From NCBI GenBank assembly GCA_902803695.1, contig CADCQX010000417.1, positions 1-40,931 on the forward strand: a stretch of DNA of 40,931 nucleotides, given 5' to 3'. The translations under genes and the position numbers were made by a program. This document shows, piece after piece, positions 10,501 to 19,055 of the stretch (the first letter of the stretch is position 1; each line of letters begins with the position of its first letter). Under the pieces are notes generated by a model. It made no database searches. It saw only the letters and a list, made by a program, of their open reading frames with translations, and was not told the DNA's origin. The stretch comes from Oscillospiraceae bacterium. GTDB taxonomy: Bacteria > Bacillota > Clostridia > Saccharofermentanales > Saccharofermentanaceae.

Positions 10501-11119
10501 TGCAGTCGGATTTATCGGAAGTAAGGAATTTAAGGACAGGAATACCGGCGATTCCGAGTTCCTCGACATACTTTATAGGACATTCTTCAACCGTGAGCCT
10601 GATGACGGCGGTAAGAACTACTGGCTGGGAGAACTTAAGAACGGCAAGACCCGTGATGAAGTCGCTATGGGCTTTATCGATTCACAGGAGTGGGCTGACA
10701 CATGTGCGAGCTACGGCATCAAGTCGGGCGGTTCGTTCAAATCCAAAGTTACCATTGCTCCGACAGATCTTACTTTGAGATTCGTTGAGCGCATGTATAC
10801 GACGGCTCTCGGAAGAGACTACGATACGGAAGGAAGAGACTTCTGGGCTAAGCCTCTCGCTAACTTCGAGATGACCGGTGAGCAGGTCGGTGTCAACTTC
10901 TTCAACAGTGCCGAGTTCAAGGGCTTCGGCTTAAGCGACGACGAGTTCCTGGAGAGGCTCTATCTGACATTTATGGACAGACCTTCGGATGAAGGCGGTA
11001 AGAATTTCTGGCTGCAGTTCCTCAAGGACGGACATACCAGGGAAGAGGTCGTTCTGGGCTTTACCAGAAGTGCCGAATTCGTCGAGAAATGTATCGAGGC
11101 AAGGATCATCCCGTACTGA
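4535..11119 (+). CDS. Giant surface protein/adhesin: signal peptide, CAP domain, Ig (Big_2-like) domain, 21 MBG-like repeats, Pro/Thr linker and DUF4214-like module
   Basis: ATG 4535 follows GGAGG; the ORF-track start at 4463 lies upstream of the promoter. CAP motifs 'GHTRPNG', 'GHRRCMLNPDY' and 'YWALEMG'. Repeats match 'YTG..I.P.V.V.DG...L....DY...Y.NN...G.A.V.I.G.GNY.G.....F.I'. Confidence 0.88.
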   Translation: MGRRLISPRYLVLVLTTALLLGFYSADIKAAATLTCTVTGLYDQVQARACYQLIRNWRNNGGDTRWYWNDDDTTKTYVTNLKDIKYSYNLEQIAMQRAIEYTVANGHTRPNGKSFSDFTYGGTQSYGECLFRGTAGYYDAQDVFEYWQEEFDIYGNPIYSGGQGHRRCMLNPDYNLIGLACVTVNGYDYWALEMGLECDTGSVGTSVSPYVGSLTKSFDINLDKVSLEAVLSINDYSNEHVMTCYLDTPSYDLPGVIVGVKKKNQIASNGAPLNSSQYELTWTSGNNSIAKIENGKLVPVKDGSVTISCVAKVAGDITSNVATFTAKIEKRSITTATVVDIADKTYTGSEILPEPTVKMGSVTLVKDTDYHLTYSENVDVGENATVIIKGKGKYKDQITASFKIVPRDLSETTANDIAAVVFDNEYHQPSIILTYNGIVLGSGDYSKSSSLFKDVGDYQITLEGKGNFCGSKTVDFSITPRDIANCTAEEIEDQTYTGEAITPYVDVYDGEDILDESSYDVSYSANIVPSEVTVTITGKGNYTGTLTTTFNILRKDISTVDIDYETEFTYSEGDQISPNVLLFFNGNALRENVDYELVYPENINVGEGQIIVRGIGFFCEEKLLTFDIVPKDMSGFTCEPIDPVTYTGSELEPEIVINGTKETLEKDKDYDVEFEDNIDKGTATATITGKGNYTGTLTCTFEIVEKDIAVCGSYPVEDQVYVNAQIKPEVTVTDGETILVEDTDYTLEYGENINAGSGSVTVKGMGNYTGELVISFNILSRSIENAVIPEIADVTYNGEQHAPSVTITDGEMILLENTDYEITYGENTESGEGTVVIKGIGNYYSEVTVTFNIQPKNINDTSISDIDSQIITGQPIEPAVTILDGSKVLEKGTDYEIIYENNSELGTATVIIEGTGNYSGSVEKTFQICAKDLSNLTVDPVPAQKYTEGEPVCPEIVIRNGEYILVKGEDYEVTYDQNNAIGTATATVNGIGDYAGEIVIEFTIAKDTVYDLTVENIDPIVYSGLELTPDPVVSDGELILTRDTDYELTYSQNTNAGTAKILLKGINDYAGEMELTFEIVPVDIEDLTVSGIADETGYTGESRTIAPVFTFGSYELQIGTDYLITYEDNIDAGTASYTISGIGNFTGSINGTFEITSMSIDALTFEEIESQVYTGSALEPSVVIKNGEIILDPETDYEIICEDAVDAGTHQVTVNGTGNYSGTKTLDFVISAKDISDLEASEIADVTYTGSEIKPEPVIKYGELTLAAEDYDLTYSENVNAGTASVLIEGKGNYSGSMTLGFTITPADISDFDVTGLSEKTYTGMPLMCEIEVSKDGLVLDPSADYSVSYKNNTDAGTAEVTITGSGNYTGSIDKTFNITAMSIEGMTVEAIPDVTYTGSPVTPDVVIKDGEKELNSETDITVSCSDNINVGEASVIIEGAGNYCGFLNSTFNIVPKDGSALTVEPVEDVVYTGEALEPSVVIKDGEVTLSEDQYDLTYSNNIAKGEGSILITYKGNYTGTENATFNIVSKTVDGLTINDIPDAEYTGSPIYPTVTVYDGEAVVSADDYKIYFSSNTNAGDATIRIEGQNNYSGSKNFTFKINAKDISGFELSGITSEMTFTGSEITQNVVVSDGNTDLGASDYDVSYSNNINAGEAKVTVEGKGNYKGKIEAAFTIMQKDFGSVSVDSIPDQAYTGSYISPEIVVKDGDRTLVEGTDYKVSFSDNKAIGEGVITVTGLGNYDGMKTVTFNIVKKKVSALNISSISSQTYTGKAITPKVTVKNGTVTLKEGTDYTISYSNNVNAGTATVTINGKGNYSGSKSVSFTISKKSVSGFTVSSVSAQEYTGKAITPKPTVKDGSKTLKEGTDYKLSYKNNTNSGTATITITGAGNYSGTKDVTFTIKAKPTPAPTAKPTVTSTPKPTVTPTPTANPTPTVAPTPTEAPKDAKSDIRGFVERLYNCVLGRASEPGGIDYWTDELYEFKQTGAQVAVGFIGSKEFKDRNTGDSEFLDILYRTFFNREPDDGGKNYWLGELKNGKTRDEVAMGFIDSQEWADTCASYGIKSGGSFKSKVTIAPTDLTLRFVERMYTTALGRDYDTEGRDFWAKPLANFEMTGEQVGVNFFNSAEFKGFGLSDDEFLERLYLTFMDRPSDEGGKNFWLQFLKDGHTREEVVLGFTRSAEFVEKCIEARIIPY
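5520..10240 (+). repeat. 21 tandem ~75-aa beta-sandwich (MBG-like) coding repeats
   Basis: Counted 21 G.GNY.G-type motifs in the translation. The copies are diverged at DNA level. Confidence 0.85.
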
Positions 11120-11208
11120 TCGTAAGAAGACAATGATTTAATTGTGCTTAAAGCACAACAATACAGGTCTTGGAGCGCTTGTCATTGGTGTATCTAATCT
11201 TTTCAGTA

Positions 11209-11217
11209 TGCTATAAT
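11209..11217 (+). promoter_or_regulatory. Extended -10 promoter of the glycan operon (TGcTATAAT)
   Basis: Perfect TGnTATAAT ~40 nt upstream of the gmd ATG; AAGGAG RBS at 11244-11249. Confidence 0.65.
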
Positions 11218-11257
11218 AAGATGTTTAACTGATTAATAACTCGAAGGAGTACTTATA

Positions 11258-12283
11258 ATGAAAAGAGCATTGATAACAGGTATTACCGGTCAGGACGGTT
11301 CCTATTTGGCTGAACTTCTCTTGGAGAAGGGCTACGAGGTCTACGGTATCGTAAGACGTAAGAGCGTTGCAGATTACGGTAACTCAAACCACTTGGTAGG
11401 AAAAGTCACATTCATCTATGCGGATATGACAGATCCGATCTCCCTTATATCGGCAATGAGGATCTCACAGGCAGACGAAGTATATAACCTCGCTGCACAG
11501 TCATTTGTAGCAACATCATGGGAGCAGCCGATCGCTACAGCTAATATCGATGCAGTCGGTGTTACAAATATGCTCGAAGCAATAAGGACAGTTAAGCCTG
11601 AAGCTAAATTCTATCAGGCATCCACATCCGAGATGTTCGGTCTCGTTCAGGCTGTTCCTCAGTGCGAGACAACTCCTTTCTATCCGAGATCACCATACGG
11701 CGTAGCTAAGCTCTACGGCCACTGGATCACAAAGAACTACAGAGAGAGCTACGGAATGTTTGCTTGTTCCGGTATCCTCTTTAACCACGAGTCTGAAAGA
11801 CGCGGAATCGAATTCGTTACAAGAAAGATCACCAATACAGCTGCTAAGATCAGTCTCGGCCTCGAAGATCACCTCGAACTCGGCAACTTGAGTTCCAAGC
11901 GTGACTGGGGTCATTCCAAGGATTATGTAAGAGCTATGTGGCTCATGCTCCAGCATGACACACCTGACGATTACGTAGTAGCAACGAACGAGACCAGAAC
12001 AGTCCGTGAATTCTGCGAGATCGCATTCAAGGAACTCGGCATCGAGCTGGAGTTCAAGGGTGAGGGCGTTGACGAGATCGGTGTCGACAAGAAGACAGGA
12101 AAGATACTCGTTAAGGTTAACCCTAAGTTCTTCCGTCCTGCAGAAGTCGATCTTCTCATCGGTAACCCTGAGAAGGCAGAGACAGTTCTCGGCTGGAAGC
12201 GCGAGATAGATTTTGCAGAACTTGTTAAGCGCATGGTCAGAAACGATCTCGAGATCGTAAAGAAGGAAAACGGACTTAATTGA
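11258..12283 (+). CDS. gmd: GDP-mannose 4,6-dehydratase
   Basis: Motifs '[19 protein letters not shown]', 'YNLAAQSFV', '[11 protein letters not shown]', 'SPYGVAKLY', 'GILFNHES' and 'RDWGH'. Confidence 0.97.
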   Translation: MKRALITGITGQDGSYLAELLLEKGYEVYGIVRRKSVADYGNSNHLVGKVTFIYADMTDPISLISAMRISQADEVYNLAAQSFVATSWEQPIATANIDAVGVTNMLEAIRTVKPEAKFYQASTSEMFGLVQAVPQCETTPFYPRSPYGVAKLYGHWITKNYRESYGMFACSGILFNHESERRGIEFVTRKITNTAAKISLGLEDHLELGNLSSKRDWGHSKDYVRAMWLMLQHDTPDDYVVATNETRTVREFCEIAFKELGIELEFKGEGVDEIGVDKKTGKILVKVNPKFFRPAEVDLLIGNPEKAETVLGWKREIDFAELVKRMVRNDLEIVKKENGLN

Positions 12284-13203
12284 TGAGAACACTTGTTGTA
12301 GGTGCGAACGGCTTTGCCGGAACATACTTAAGACGTGAACTCGAAGATAACGGTTACGAAGTCTTCGGCGTTGATGTTGTATCCAATAATGACAAAGTCA
12401 GGGTCGTGGACATGCTCGATCCTAAGAAGGCAGATGATCTTATCGCGGAGATAAAGCCCGATATCATCTTCAATCTGGCAGGTCAGGCAGCCCCGAGCAT
12501 CTCGTGGGACAGGGTCCTTCTCACCATGCACCTCAATATCGATATCTCCGTAAATATCCTTGAAGCTGTTCGCAAGAACTGCCCTTCGTGCCGCGTCATC
12601 CTGATCGGTTCAGCCAACCAGTATGACGGCAGCAAGGCAGTGGACGGGGTCATCACCGAAGAGACTCCTCTGAACTGCACATCACCATATGACGTATCGA
12701 AAAATGCCCAGGAGGATCTTGTCTTCCTTATGGCTCGAAAATACGATCTCGACGTCATCATGACGAGATCTTTCAACCACATCGGCCCGGGTCAGAAAAC
12801 AGGATTCGTCGTTACGGATTACTGTAAAAGGATCGTTGATCTTGAAAACGGTCTGATCGATACATTCACATTCGGAAATCTTGATTCCTGGCGCGACTTT
12901 TCGGACGCCAGAGATGTTGTTAGAGCCTACAGGCTCCTCGCCGAAAAAGGCGAAAAGAACGAGATCTATAATGTGGGCTCCGGCAAGAGCTTTTATATCA
13001 GAGATCTCATCGGAAACCTCATCGATTTAAGCGAGAAAGCCAAGGCAAAGGTTACTTTGCCGCCGCGTCTTGATGATGACAAACTGGTTCATGTAAGAGC
13101 CGATATCACTAAGCTTCAGAAGGCGACCGGCTTTGAGGCGCAGTATGATGTTTTCGAGACCATAAAAGACGTATTGGAAGACTACAGGAAGGGTAACGGC
13201 TGA
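12283..13203 (+). CDS. rmd: GDP-4-keto-6-deoxy-D-mannose reductase (Rmd-like, GDP-D-rhamnose forming; 6-deoxytalose not excluded)
   Basis: Extended SDR with GANGFAG, YDVSK, 'RSFNHIGPGQ' and 'RDFSDARDVVRAY'. Coupled to gmd by a TGATG overlap. Confidence 0.75.
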   Translation: MRTLVVGANGFAGTYLRRELEDNGYEVFGVDVVSNNDKVRVVDMLDPKKADDLIAEIKPDIIFNLAGQAAPSISWDRVLLTMHLNIDISVNILEAVRKNCPSCRVILIGSANQYDGSKAVDGVITEETPLNCTSPYDVSKNAQEDLVFLMARKYDLDVIMTRSFNHIGPGQKTGFVVTDYCKRIVDLENGLIDTFTFGNLDSWRDFSDARDVVRAYRLLAEKGEKNEIYNVGSGKSFYIRDLIGNLIDLSEKAKAKVTLPPRLDDDKLVHVRADITKLQKATGFEAQYDVFETIKDVLEDYRKGNG

Positions 13204-13985
13204 TGCTAAAGGAGATCTGGGATTACAGACAGATGATCATAAGCCTCGTCCGTAAGGACCTGAGGGGTCGCTACAAAGGTTCCGTTCTGGGATTTTTGTG
13301 GACTTTTGTGAACCCTTTGTTCCAGATACTCATCTACTCCTTCGTATTTGCATACATCCTTCCTACGGACCAGCCGAAGTACTACCTGTTCCTTACGGTT
13401 GCGCTCATTCCGTGGATCTTTTTCCAGGCTTCCGTCACGGGCGGATCGACTTCCGTATTGTCACAAAAAGACCTCGTCAAAAAGATCTATTTCCCACGTG
13501 AGGTCCTTCCGATCTCATACGTTACCAGCTGTTTTGTGAACATGCTCCTTTGCTTTATCGTTGTTATGGCGATCGTCATCGTATCAAGGACGAGCCTTAA
13601 CCCGCTGGGACTTTTGTGCCTGCCGATCATCATGATCGTCGAGTACGTTTTGGCGCTGGGAATTGCCATGATCACCTCGGCAATAACAGTCTATTTCAGA
13701 GATTTTGAGCACATCCTGGGCATCGTCAGCATGGCATGGATGTACCTCACACCTGTTGTTTATCCGCAGGAAAGATATATGAAACTTCCGGGTAAGATCC
13801 GCTTCATCATCGAGCATCTGAACCCTATGACATCGGTCATCAGCGGCTACAGAACGATACTTTATGACGGCGGGATCCCTGATCTTTCAACACTGCTCGA
13901 AGCATTCCTTCTCGGGGCATTCTTCCTCGTGATCGGTTTTGTGATCTTCGGCAGACTTAAGAAGCACTTCGCGGAGGAACTTTGA
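13203..13985 (+). CDS. wzm: ABC-2 polysaccharide export permease
   Basis: Motifs 'DLRGRYKGSVLGFLWTFVNPL', 'LVKKIYFPREVLP', 'YLTPVVYP' and 'LNPMT'; about six hydrophobic segments. Confidence 0.93.
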   Translation: MLKEIWDYRQMIISLVRKDLRGRYKGSVLGFLWTFVNPLFQILIYSFVFAYILPTDQPKYYLFLTVALIPWIFFQASVTGGSTSVLSQKDLVKKIYFPREVLPISYVTSCFVNMLLCFIVVMAIVIVSRTSLNPLGLLCLPIIMIVEYVLALGIAMITSAITVYFRDFEHILGIVSMAWMYLTPVVYPQERYMKLPGKIRFIIEHLNPMTSVISGYRTILYDGGIPDLSTLLEAFLLGAFFLVIGFVIFGRLKKHFAEEL

Positions 13986-13986
13986 T

Positions 13987-15225
13987 ATGGCAGAGAACTC
14001 CATCGTAGTAAAGAACGTAACAAAGCAATTCAAGGTCTACTTTGACAAGGGCCAGAGCTTCAAGGAGAGGATCATCTTCAGAGGCAGGAACAGGCATGAG
14101 GACAGAGTAGTCTTAAACGATATATCTCTCACCATCGATAAGGGCCAGGCAGTGGGCCTCGTTGGCCACAACGGCTGCGGCAAATCCACGCTCCTGAAGC
14201 TCATGACGAGGATACTTTATCCGGACAAGGGCACCATCGACGTCAAGGGCCGCGTCTCCAGTTTGATCGAGCTGGGCGCAGGTTTCCACCCTGACATGAG
14301 CGGCAGAGAGAACATCTATACGAACGCATCCATCTTCGGCCTCTCGAAAAAGGAGATCGACAGCCGTCTGGACGATATTATCGCATTCTCCGAACTGGAG
14401 GAATTCATCGATAACCCGGTAAGGACATACTCCTCCGGTATGTACATGCGTCTGGCATTCTCGGTTGCCATCAACGTTGATGCCGACGTCCTTCTTATCG
14501 ACGAGATCCTGGCAGTAGGCGACGCCAACTTCCAGGCAAAGTGCTTCGCCAAACTCAAGGAGATCAAGGCGAAGGGCACAACCATCGTCATCGTCTCACA
14601 CTCCCTGGATCAGATCGAGGCTTTTTGCGACAGGACTATCTGGATCAACGAAGGTAAGATCGTAGCAGACGGCATCCCGCGTGACGTTCATATGGAATAC
14701 ATGGACTTCATGGGCCAGCGCCGTAACGATCAGAAGCAGAAGGAAAAGGCCAAGGAGAAGGAGAAAGAGAAGGAAGACGACAAGAAGCGCTGGGGTAACG
14801 GCGATGCCCAGATAACCGACGTTAAGGTCCTCGATGAAGACGGAAACGAGAAAGACGTTTTCCACGTGGGTTCCAAGATGAGGATCCGCGTAACCTATAA
14901 AGTGAACAAGAAAGTCGAGGATGCCGTCTTCGGAATCGGTATCTTCAGAAATGACGGAGTCTACTGCTACGGCACCAACACCAGGATCGACAGGATCGAC
15001 CGCTTTGACATCGAGGAAGACGGCGTTCTGGAGATCGAGATGCCGTCCTGCGACCTGCTGCCGGGAACGTACTTGGCGGACCTGGCGATCGAGTGCGACA
15101 GGGGCGTTCCGGTAGACTACTACAAAGAAGCGTTCGTTTTCGAGACAGACTCGAAAAGGGGCGACAGCGGCATAACAAGGATCGATCAGATCTGGCACAT
15201 GCCTGAAAACATCAAGAAGCAGTAA
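13987..15225 (+). CDS. wzt: Polysaccharide ABC exporter ATPase with C-terminal Wzt_C carbohydrate-binding domain
   Basis: Walker A GHNGCGKS, 'YSSGMYMRLAFS' and 'LLIDEILAVGD'; ~145-aa beta-rich extension after 'RWGNG'. Confidence 0.93.
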   Translation: MAENSIVVKNVTKQFKVYFDKGQSFKERIIFRGRNRHEDRVVLNDISLTIDKGQAVGLVGHNGCGKSTLLKLMTRILYPDKGTIDVKGRVSSLIELGAGFHPDMSGRENIYTNASIFGLSKKEIDSRLDDIIAFSELEEFIDNPVRTYSSGMYMRLAFSVAINVDADVLLIDEILAVGDANFQAKCFAKLKEIKAKGTTIVIVSHSLDQIEAFCDRTIWINEGKIVADGIPRDVHMEYMDFMGQRRNDQKQKEKAKEKEKEKEDDKKRWGNGDAQITDVKVLDEDGNEKDVFHVGSKMRIRVTYKVNKKVEDAVFGIGIFRNDGVYCYGTNTRIDRIDRFDIEEDGVLEIEMPSCDLLPGTYLADLAIECDRGVPVDYYKEAFVFETDSKRGDSGITRIDQIWHMPENIKKQ

Positions 15226-15239
15226 GAAAGGGGAAAAGA

Positions 15240-16295
15240 ATGAAGATAGCATTGCTCACAACTCAGATCCCTTTTGTCAGAGGCGGCGCAGAGATGCACG
15301 TCAATAACCTTCGTAAGGCTCTCGAAGAGCACGGACACGAAGTCGAGATCATAAACATCCCTTTCAACGACAATCCCATCGGAAGAGTCGAAGATCATAT
15401 AGTCGCCATGCGACTTCTTAACTTAAGCGAGTCCTGGGCGGGCAAGATCGATCTGGCGATCGGCATGAAATTCCCCGCTTATCTGATCCCGCATCCCAAC
15501 AAGGTAATGTGGATCCTGCATCAGCACAGGCAGGCTTATGACTTGTTCGATACAGAGTTTTCGAACATAAAAAGTGATGCCGAAGGCCTTCGCGTCAAGG
15601 ACATCATCACCAATGCGGACGTAAAGTACATTTCCGAGGCCAAGCACGTCTTCGCCAATTCCGGAAACGTCGCCGCACGCCTCAAGAGGCACTGCGGCCT
15701 TGACTCCACACCGCTTTACCACCCATGTCCTGACATGGACAAATTCTACTGCGCGGAATCCGAGGACTACCTCCTGATGCCGAGCAGGATCAATGCCACC
15801 AAGAGACAGTTCCTTGCTCTTCGCTCCCTCTCGAAAACAAAATCCGGCGTCAAACTCTACATCGTCGGCACAGCCGATACCGATTCGGTCAGAGACGAGC
15901 TTCTCAAGAACATCGAAGAGTACGGTCTCAAGGACAGAGTAAGATATTTCGATTACGTATCACAGGAAGAGAAGATAAACCTCTACGCCAACTGCCGCGG
16001 CGTAGTCTTCATCCCGAAGGACGAGGACTACGGCTACATCACGCTCGAGGCCATGGCTTCCAGTAAGCCGGTCATCACCGCCAAGGACAGCGGAGGACCT
16101 CTCGAATTTGTAGAAGACGGAATAAACGGTTATGTCTGTGAGCCTGAATCCGATTCCATCGGCGAAGCAATGGACAAGCTGGGTGAGAACAAAGACGGTG
16201 CAGTCAGTATGGGAGCCGCAGGAAAGAAAAAGATCGAGGACATGAATATTTCATGGGACCACGTAGTAAAGGAGCTTCTAAAGTATGCAGACTAA
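15240..16295 (+). CDS. Glycosyltransferase, GT4 family
   Basis: 'PFVRGGAE' and the EX7E motif 'EDYGYITLEAMASSKPVI'. Confidence 0.9.
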   Translation: MKIALLTTQIPFVRGGAEMHVNNLRKALEEHGHEVEIINIPFNDNPIGRVEDHIVAMRLLNLSESWAGKIDLAIGMKFPAYLIPHPNKVMWILHQHRQAYDLFDTEFSNIKSDAEGLRVKDIITNADVKYISEAKHVFANSGNVAARLKRHCGLDSTPLYHPCPDMDKFYCAESEDYLLMPSRINATKRQFLALRSLSKTKSGVKLYIVGTADTDSVRDELLKNIEEYGLKDRVRYFDYVSQEEKINLYANCRGVVFIPKDEDYGYITLEAMASSKPVITAKDSGGPLEFVEDGINGYVCEPESDSIGEAMDKLGENKDGAVSMGAAGKKKIEDMNISWDHVVKELLKYAD

Positions 16296-17460
16296 AGAAA
16301 AAGTATCTCAGATCATAGATGAGATCGAAGATAAGAACGTAGCAGTTCAGAGCCTCGTTAACGAGACCGGTGATCAGGGCAAGGACAAGCAGTTGTTCGA
16401 TGACCTGGTACTCGGCAAGAATGCCGTAACAGGCGAAGATTCCAACCTCCGTGTCGAGCTCGGCGAAGCCAACGCCCACATCGATACAACTTTGCAGCGC
16501 CAGTTCGGAGGCAACAAGTTCACAGCAGGCATCAAGAAAGTGATCTGGAAGATCCTGGCAAAGCCTATCCGCCCGATGTTCCAGGAGCAGAACCTGATGA
16601 ACCATCATCTCGTTGCATCCCTTAACGAACTCAACAGGATGAGAGGCGAGCACGAAGTCGAGATCAACCATCTCCGCGAAGCCATCGTCAAGCTCAACTC
16701 ACAGAACGACTACCTCTCCAACAAGGTTCAGTCCCTCCAGAAGGTAGTGGACGAATTCGATATCCCTCACGACGGCGGTCTCTCCGACTTCGAGTACGAG
16801 GAGTTCGAGAACCACTTCAGAGGCCCGATGGAAGAGATCAAAGAGCGTCTCAAGATGTACGTTCCTTACTTCAAGGACGCCGACGCACCTATCTTCGAGA
16901 TCGGCAGCGGCCGTGGCGAGTTCCTCGAGCTCATGAAGGAGAACAACATCAACGCCAGCGGTATCGATATCTTCAGACCTTTCGTCAATAAGTGTCTTCG
17001 AAAAGGCCTTGACGTTCAGTACGGCGACGGCATCTCGTTTATCAAGCACTTTACCAGCGATTCGTTAAGCGGCGTTTTCGCTGCACAGGTCGTGGAGCAC
17101 ATCTCCAACTCCGACATCATCGAGCTCTACCGCGAGTCCTTCAGAGTCCTGAAGAAGGGCGGCTACTGCATTTTCGAGACACCGAATCCGTGCTGTGTAT
17201 CAATGTTTACGGGTGCTTTCTATATCGATCCTTCCCACAGGAAGCCGATCCATCCGCTCTATCTGGAATACGTCGCAAGACTTGCAGGCTTTACTGAAGT
17301 CGAGATCGTATTTACCGAAGGTTCAAGGACCACAGAGAGCCTTCCTACAATAAAGACAACATCCGTCGACAACATCGACGAAGTAAACGAAGCGATCAGC
17401 AAGCTCTCCGAGAAGATCTACGGAAGCCAGGATTACGCTATCGTAGCAAGAAAGATGTAA
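16285..17460 (+). CDS. Class I SAM-dependent methyltransferase with N-terminal amphipathic helix and coiled coil (WbdD-like glycan chain terminator)
   Basis: Motifs 'FENHFRG..EEIKERL..Y', 'FEIGSGRGEFL', 'QVVEHI', 'LKKGG..IFETPNP' and 'FYIDPSH'; lies in a wzm/wzt operon. Confidence 0.85.
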   Translation: MQTKEKVSQIIDEIEDKNVAVQSLVNETGDQGKDKQLFDDLVLGKNAVTGEDSNLRVELGEANAHIDTTLQRQFGGNKFTAGIKKVIWKILAKPIRPMFQEQNLMNHHLVASLNELNRMRGEHEVEINHLREAIVKLNSQNDYLSNKVQSLQKVVDEFDIPHDGGLSDFEYEEFENHFRGPMEEIKERLKMYVPYFKDADAPIFEIGSGRGEFLELMKENNINASGIDIFRPFVNKCLRKGLDVQYGDGISFIKHFTSDSLSGVFAAQVVEHISNSDIIELYRESFRVLKKGGYCIFETPNPCCVSMFTGAFYIDPSHRKPIHPLYLEYVARLAGFTEVEIVFTEGSRTTESLPTIKTTSVDNIDEVNEAISKLSEKIYGSQDYAIVARKM

Positions 17461-17469
17461 GAGGTCTTC

Positions 17470-18660
17470 ATGAAGAAACTGGGTTTTGTTGTTCCGTGGT
17501 ACGGTGAAAAGATTCCGGGAGGCGCCGAGATGGAGCTTCGCGGCGTTACTTCGCACCTTCACGCCGCAGGAGTCGAGCTCGAGATCCTGACCACGTGCGT
17601 CAAGCAGTTCGACAGCGACTGGAACGACAATTTCCATAAGCCGGGCACCACCGTCGAAAACGGCATAACAGTTATGCGTTTTCCTGCAGGCAAGAGAAAT
17701 GCCGCAGAGTTCGACAGGGTCAACAGAGTCCTTATGAGAGGCAGGGTTCCGAAGATCCCTGATCAGGAGATCTTTTTCAAGGAAATGATAAACAGCCCGG
17801 AGCTTTATTCCTACATGGCAGAGCATAAGGACGACTACAGCCTTTTCGTATTCATTCCGTACATGTTCGGAACCACGGTAAACGGAATTAAGGTTGCACC
17901 TGAAAAGTCAGTCGTCATCCCGTGTTTTCACGACGAAGCATATGCACACATGGATGTTCTCAAAGACGTCTACGAGAAGGTCAACGGATTCGTGTTCAAC
18001 GCGAAGCCTGAGCAGGAACTGACGGAGAGACTTTTCGATATATCCAAGGCAAACAAGATCGTAATGGGTATCGGCGTGGACTGCGGACTTAAGGGCGACG
18101 CTCAAAGGTTCAGGGAAAAGTTCAACATCAATGAGCCGTTCATCCTCTACGCAGGCCGCAAGGACGAAGGCAAGAATGTGCATACTCTGGTCAAGTATTT
18201 TGACGAGTATTTAAAGAGAAATCCTTGTGACATGAAACTGGTATTGATCGGAGGCGGTAAGATCGACCTTCCGAATACCGACAGGTTCGTTGATCTGGGA
18301 TTCGTGGATCTGCAGGATAAGATCGATGCGGAGGCGGCATCACTTCTTCTGTGCCAGCCCTCAAAGAACGAGAGCTTCTCACTGGTCATCATGGAAAGCT
18401 GGCTCGGAAAAAGGCCTGTGCTCGTACATGAGGATTGTGCGGTAACAAAGAACTTCGCAATTGAATCCAAGGGCGGATTGTATTTTAAGAATTACTTCGA
18501 TTTCGAAGGTGCGGTAAACTACATAAAAGACCACAAGGACATCGCAGACAAGATGGGCGAGAACGGATACGAATACGTTAACTCACAGTTTGACTGGGAT
18601 GTGGTAACAAATAAATACAAAGAATTCTTCAAGCTTTGTACGGAGGCTTCAAATGGATAA
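17470..18660 (+). CDS. Glycosyltransferase, GT4 family
   Basis: 'GGAE', 'YAGRKDEGKN' and 'ESFSLVIMESW'; paralog of 20506-21696. Confidence 0.9.
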   Translation: MKKLGFVVPWYGEKIPGGAEMELRGVTSHLHAAGVELEILTTCVKQFDSDWNDNFHKPGTTVENGITVMRFPAGKRNAAEFDRVNRVLMRGRVPKIPDQEIFFKEMINSPELYSYMAEHKDDYSLFVFIPYMFGTTVNGIKVAPEKSVVIPCFHDEAYAHMDVLKDVYEKVNGFVFNAKPEQELTERLFDISKANKIVMGIGVDCGLKGDAQRFREKFNINEPFILYAGRKDEGKNVHTLVKYFDEYLKRNPCDMKLVLIGGGKIDLPNTDRFVDLGFVDLQDKIDAEAASLLLCQPSKNESFSLVIMESWLGKRPVLVHEDCAVTKNFAIESKGGLYFKNYFDFEGAVNYIKDHKDIADKMGENGYEYVNSQFDWDVVTNKYKEFFKLCTEASNG

Positions 18661-19054
18661 CACTGTAGACATAGAGAGAATCATGGAAGAGATCCGCGAC
18701 GAGATCATCAGGACCGGAAAAGACAAGCAGCCTTTGTCCTTTACCGATGTCGAGTCCACCAAGCGTAACGGTGACCTGGACGAAGCGATCGATTATATCT
18801 CCTACAACTACGAAGTGCAGCCGTATGCTCCGCTTCCGGGAAACAAGATAGCCGTTTTCTTCAAGAAGGTTATCCGTAAGATCACGGGATTTTTCATCCT
18901 TCCTGTAGTAAGACAGCAGAACACATTGAACTACTATTACTACAGAGTTTCCGAGACCATCGGCGAAGTAAAGAGCGACAACGAAGAACTCAAGAAGAGA
19001 GCAGATAATCTCGAAAAGAGGCTAAAGGCTCTCGAAGAGAAAAAGGGTAAATGA
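18653..19054 (+). CDS. Small coiled-coil protein homologous to the methyltransferase N-terminus
   Basis: GGAGG RBS and overlap with the upstream stop. Shares GKDKQ, GNK, KKVI.K and P...QQN..N with 16285; C-terminal heptads. Confidence 0.75.
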   Translation: MDNTVDIERIMEEIRDEIIRTGKDKQPLSFTDVESTKRNGDLDEAIDYISYNYEVQPYAPLPGNKIAVFFKKVIRKITGFFILPVVRQQNTLNYYYYRVSETIGEVKSDNEELKKRADNLEKRLKALEEKKGK

Positions 19055-19055
19055 T

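Noticed and set aside
1762-11119. DGR template/variable repeat pair or invertible cassette in the duplicated C-termini
   Set aside because: Differences are not adenine-specific, both copies are coding, and no reverse transcriptase or recombinase is present.
12283-13203. GDP-L-fucose synthase (fcl) or a second gmd
   Set aside because: Lacks the Fcl-type GxxGxVG/LxSSCIYP and Gmd-type GQDG motifs; FNHIGPGQ fits Rmd-like reductases.
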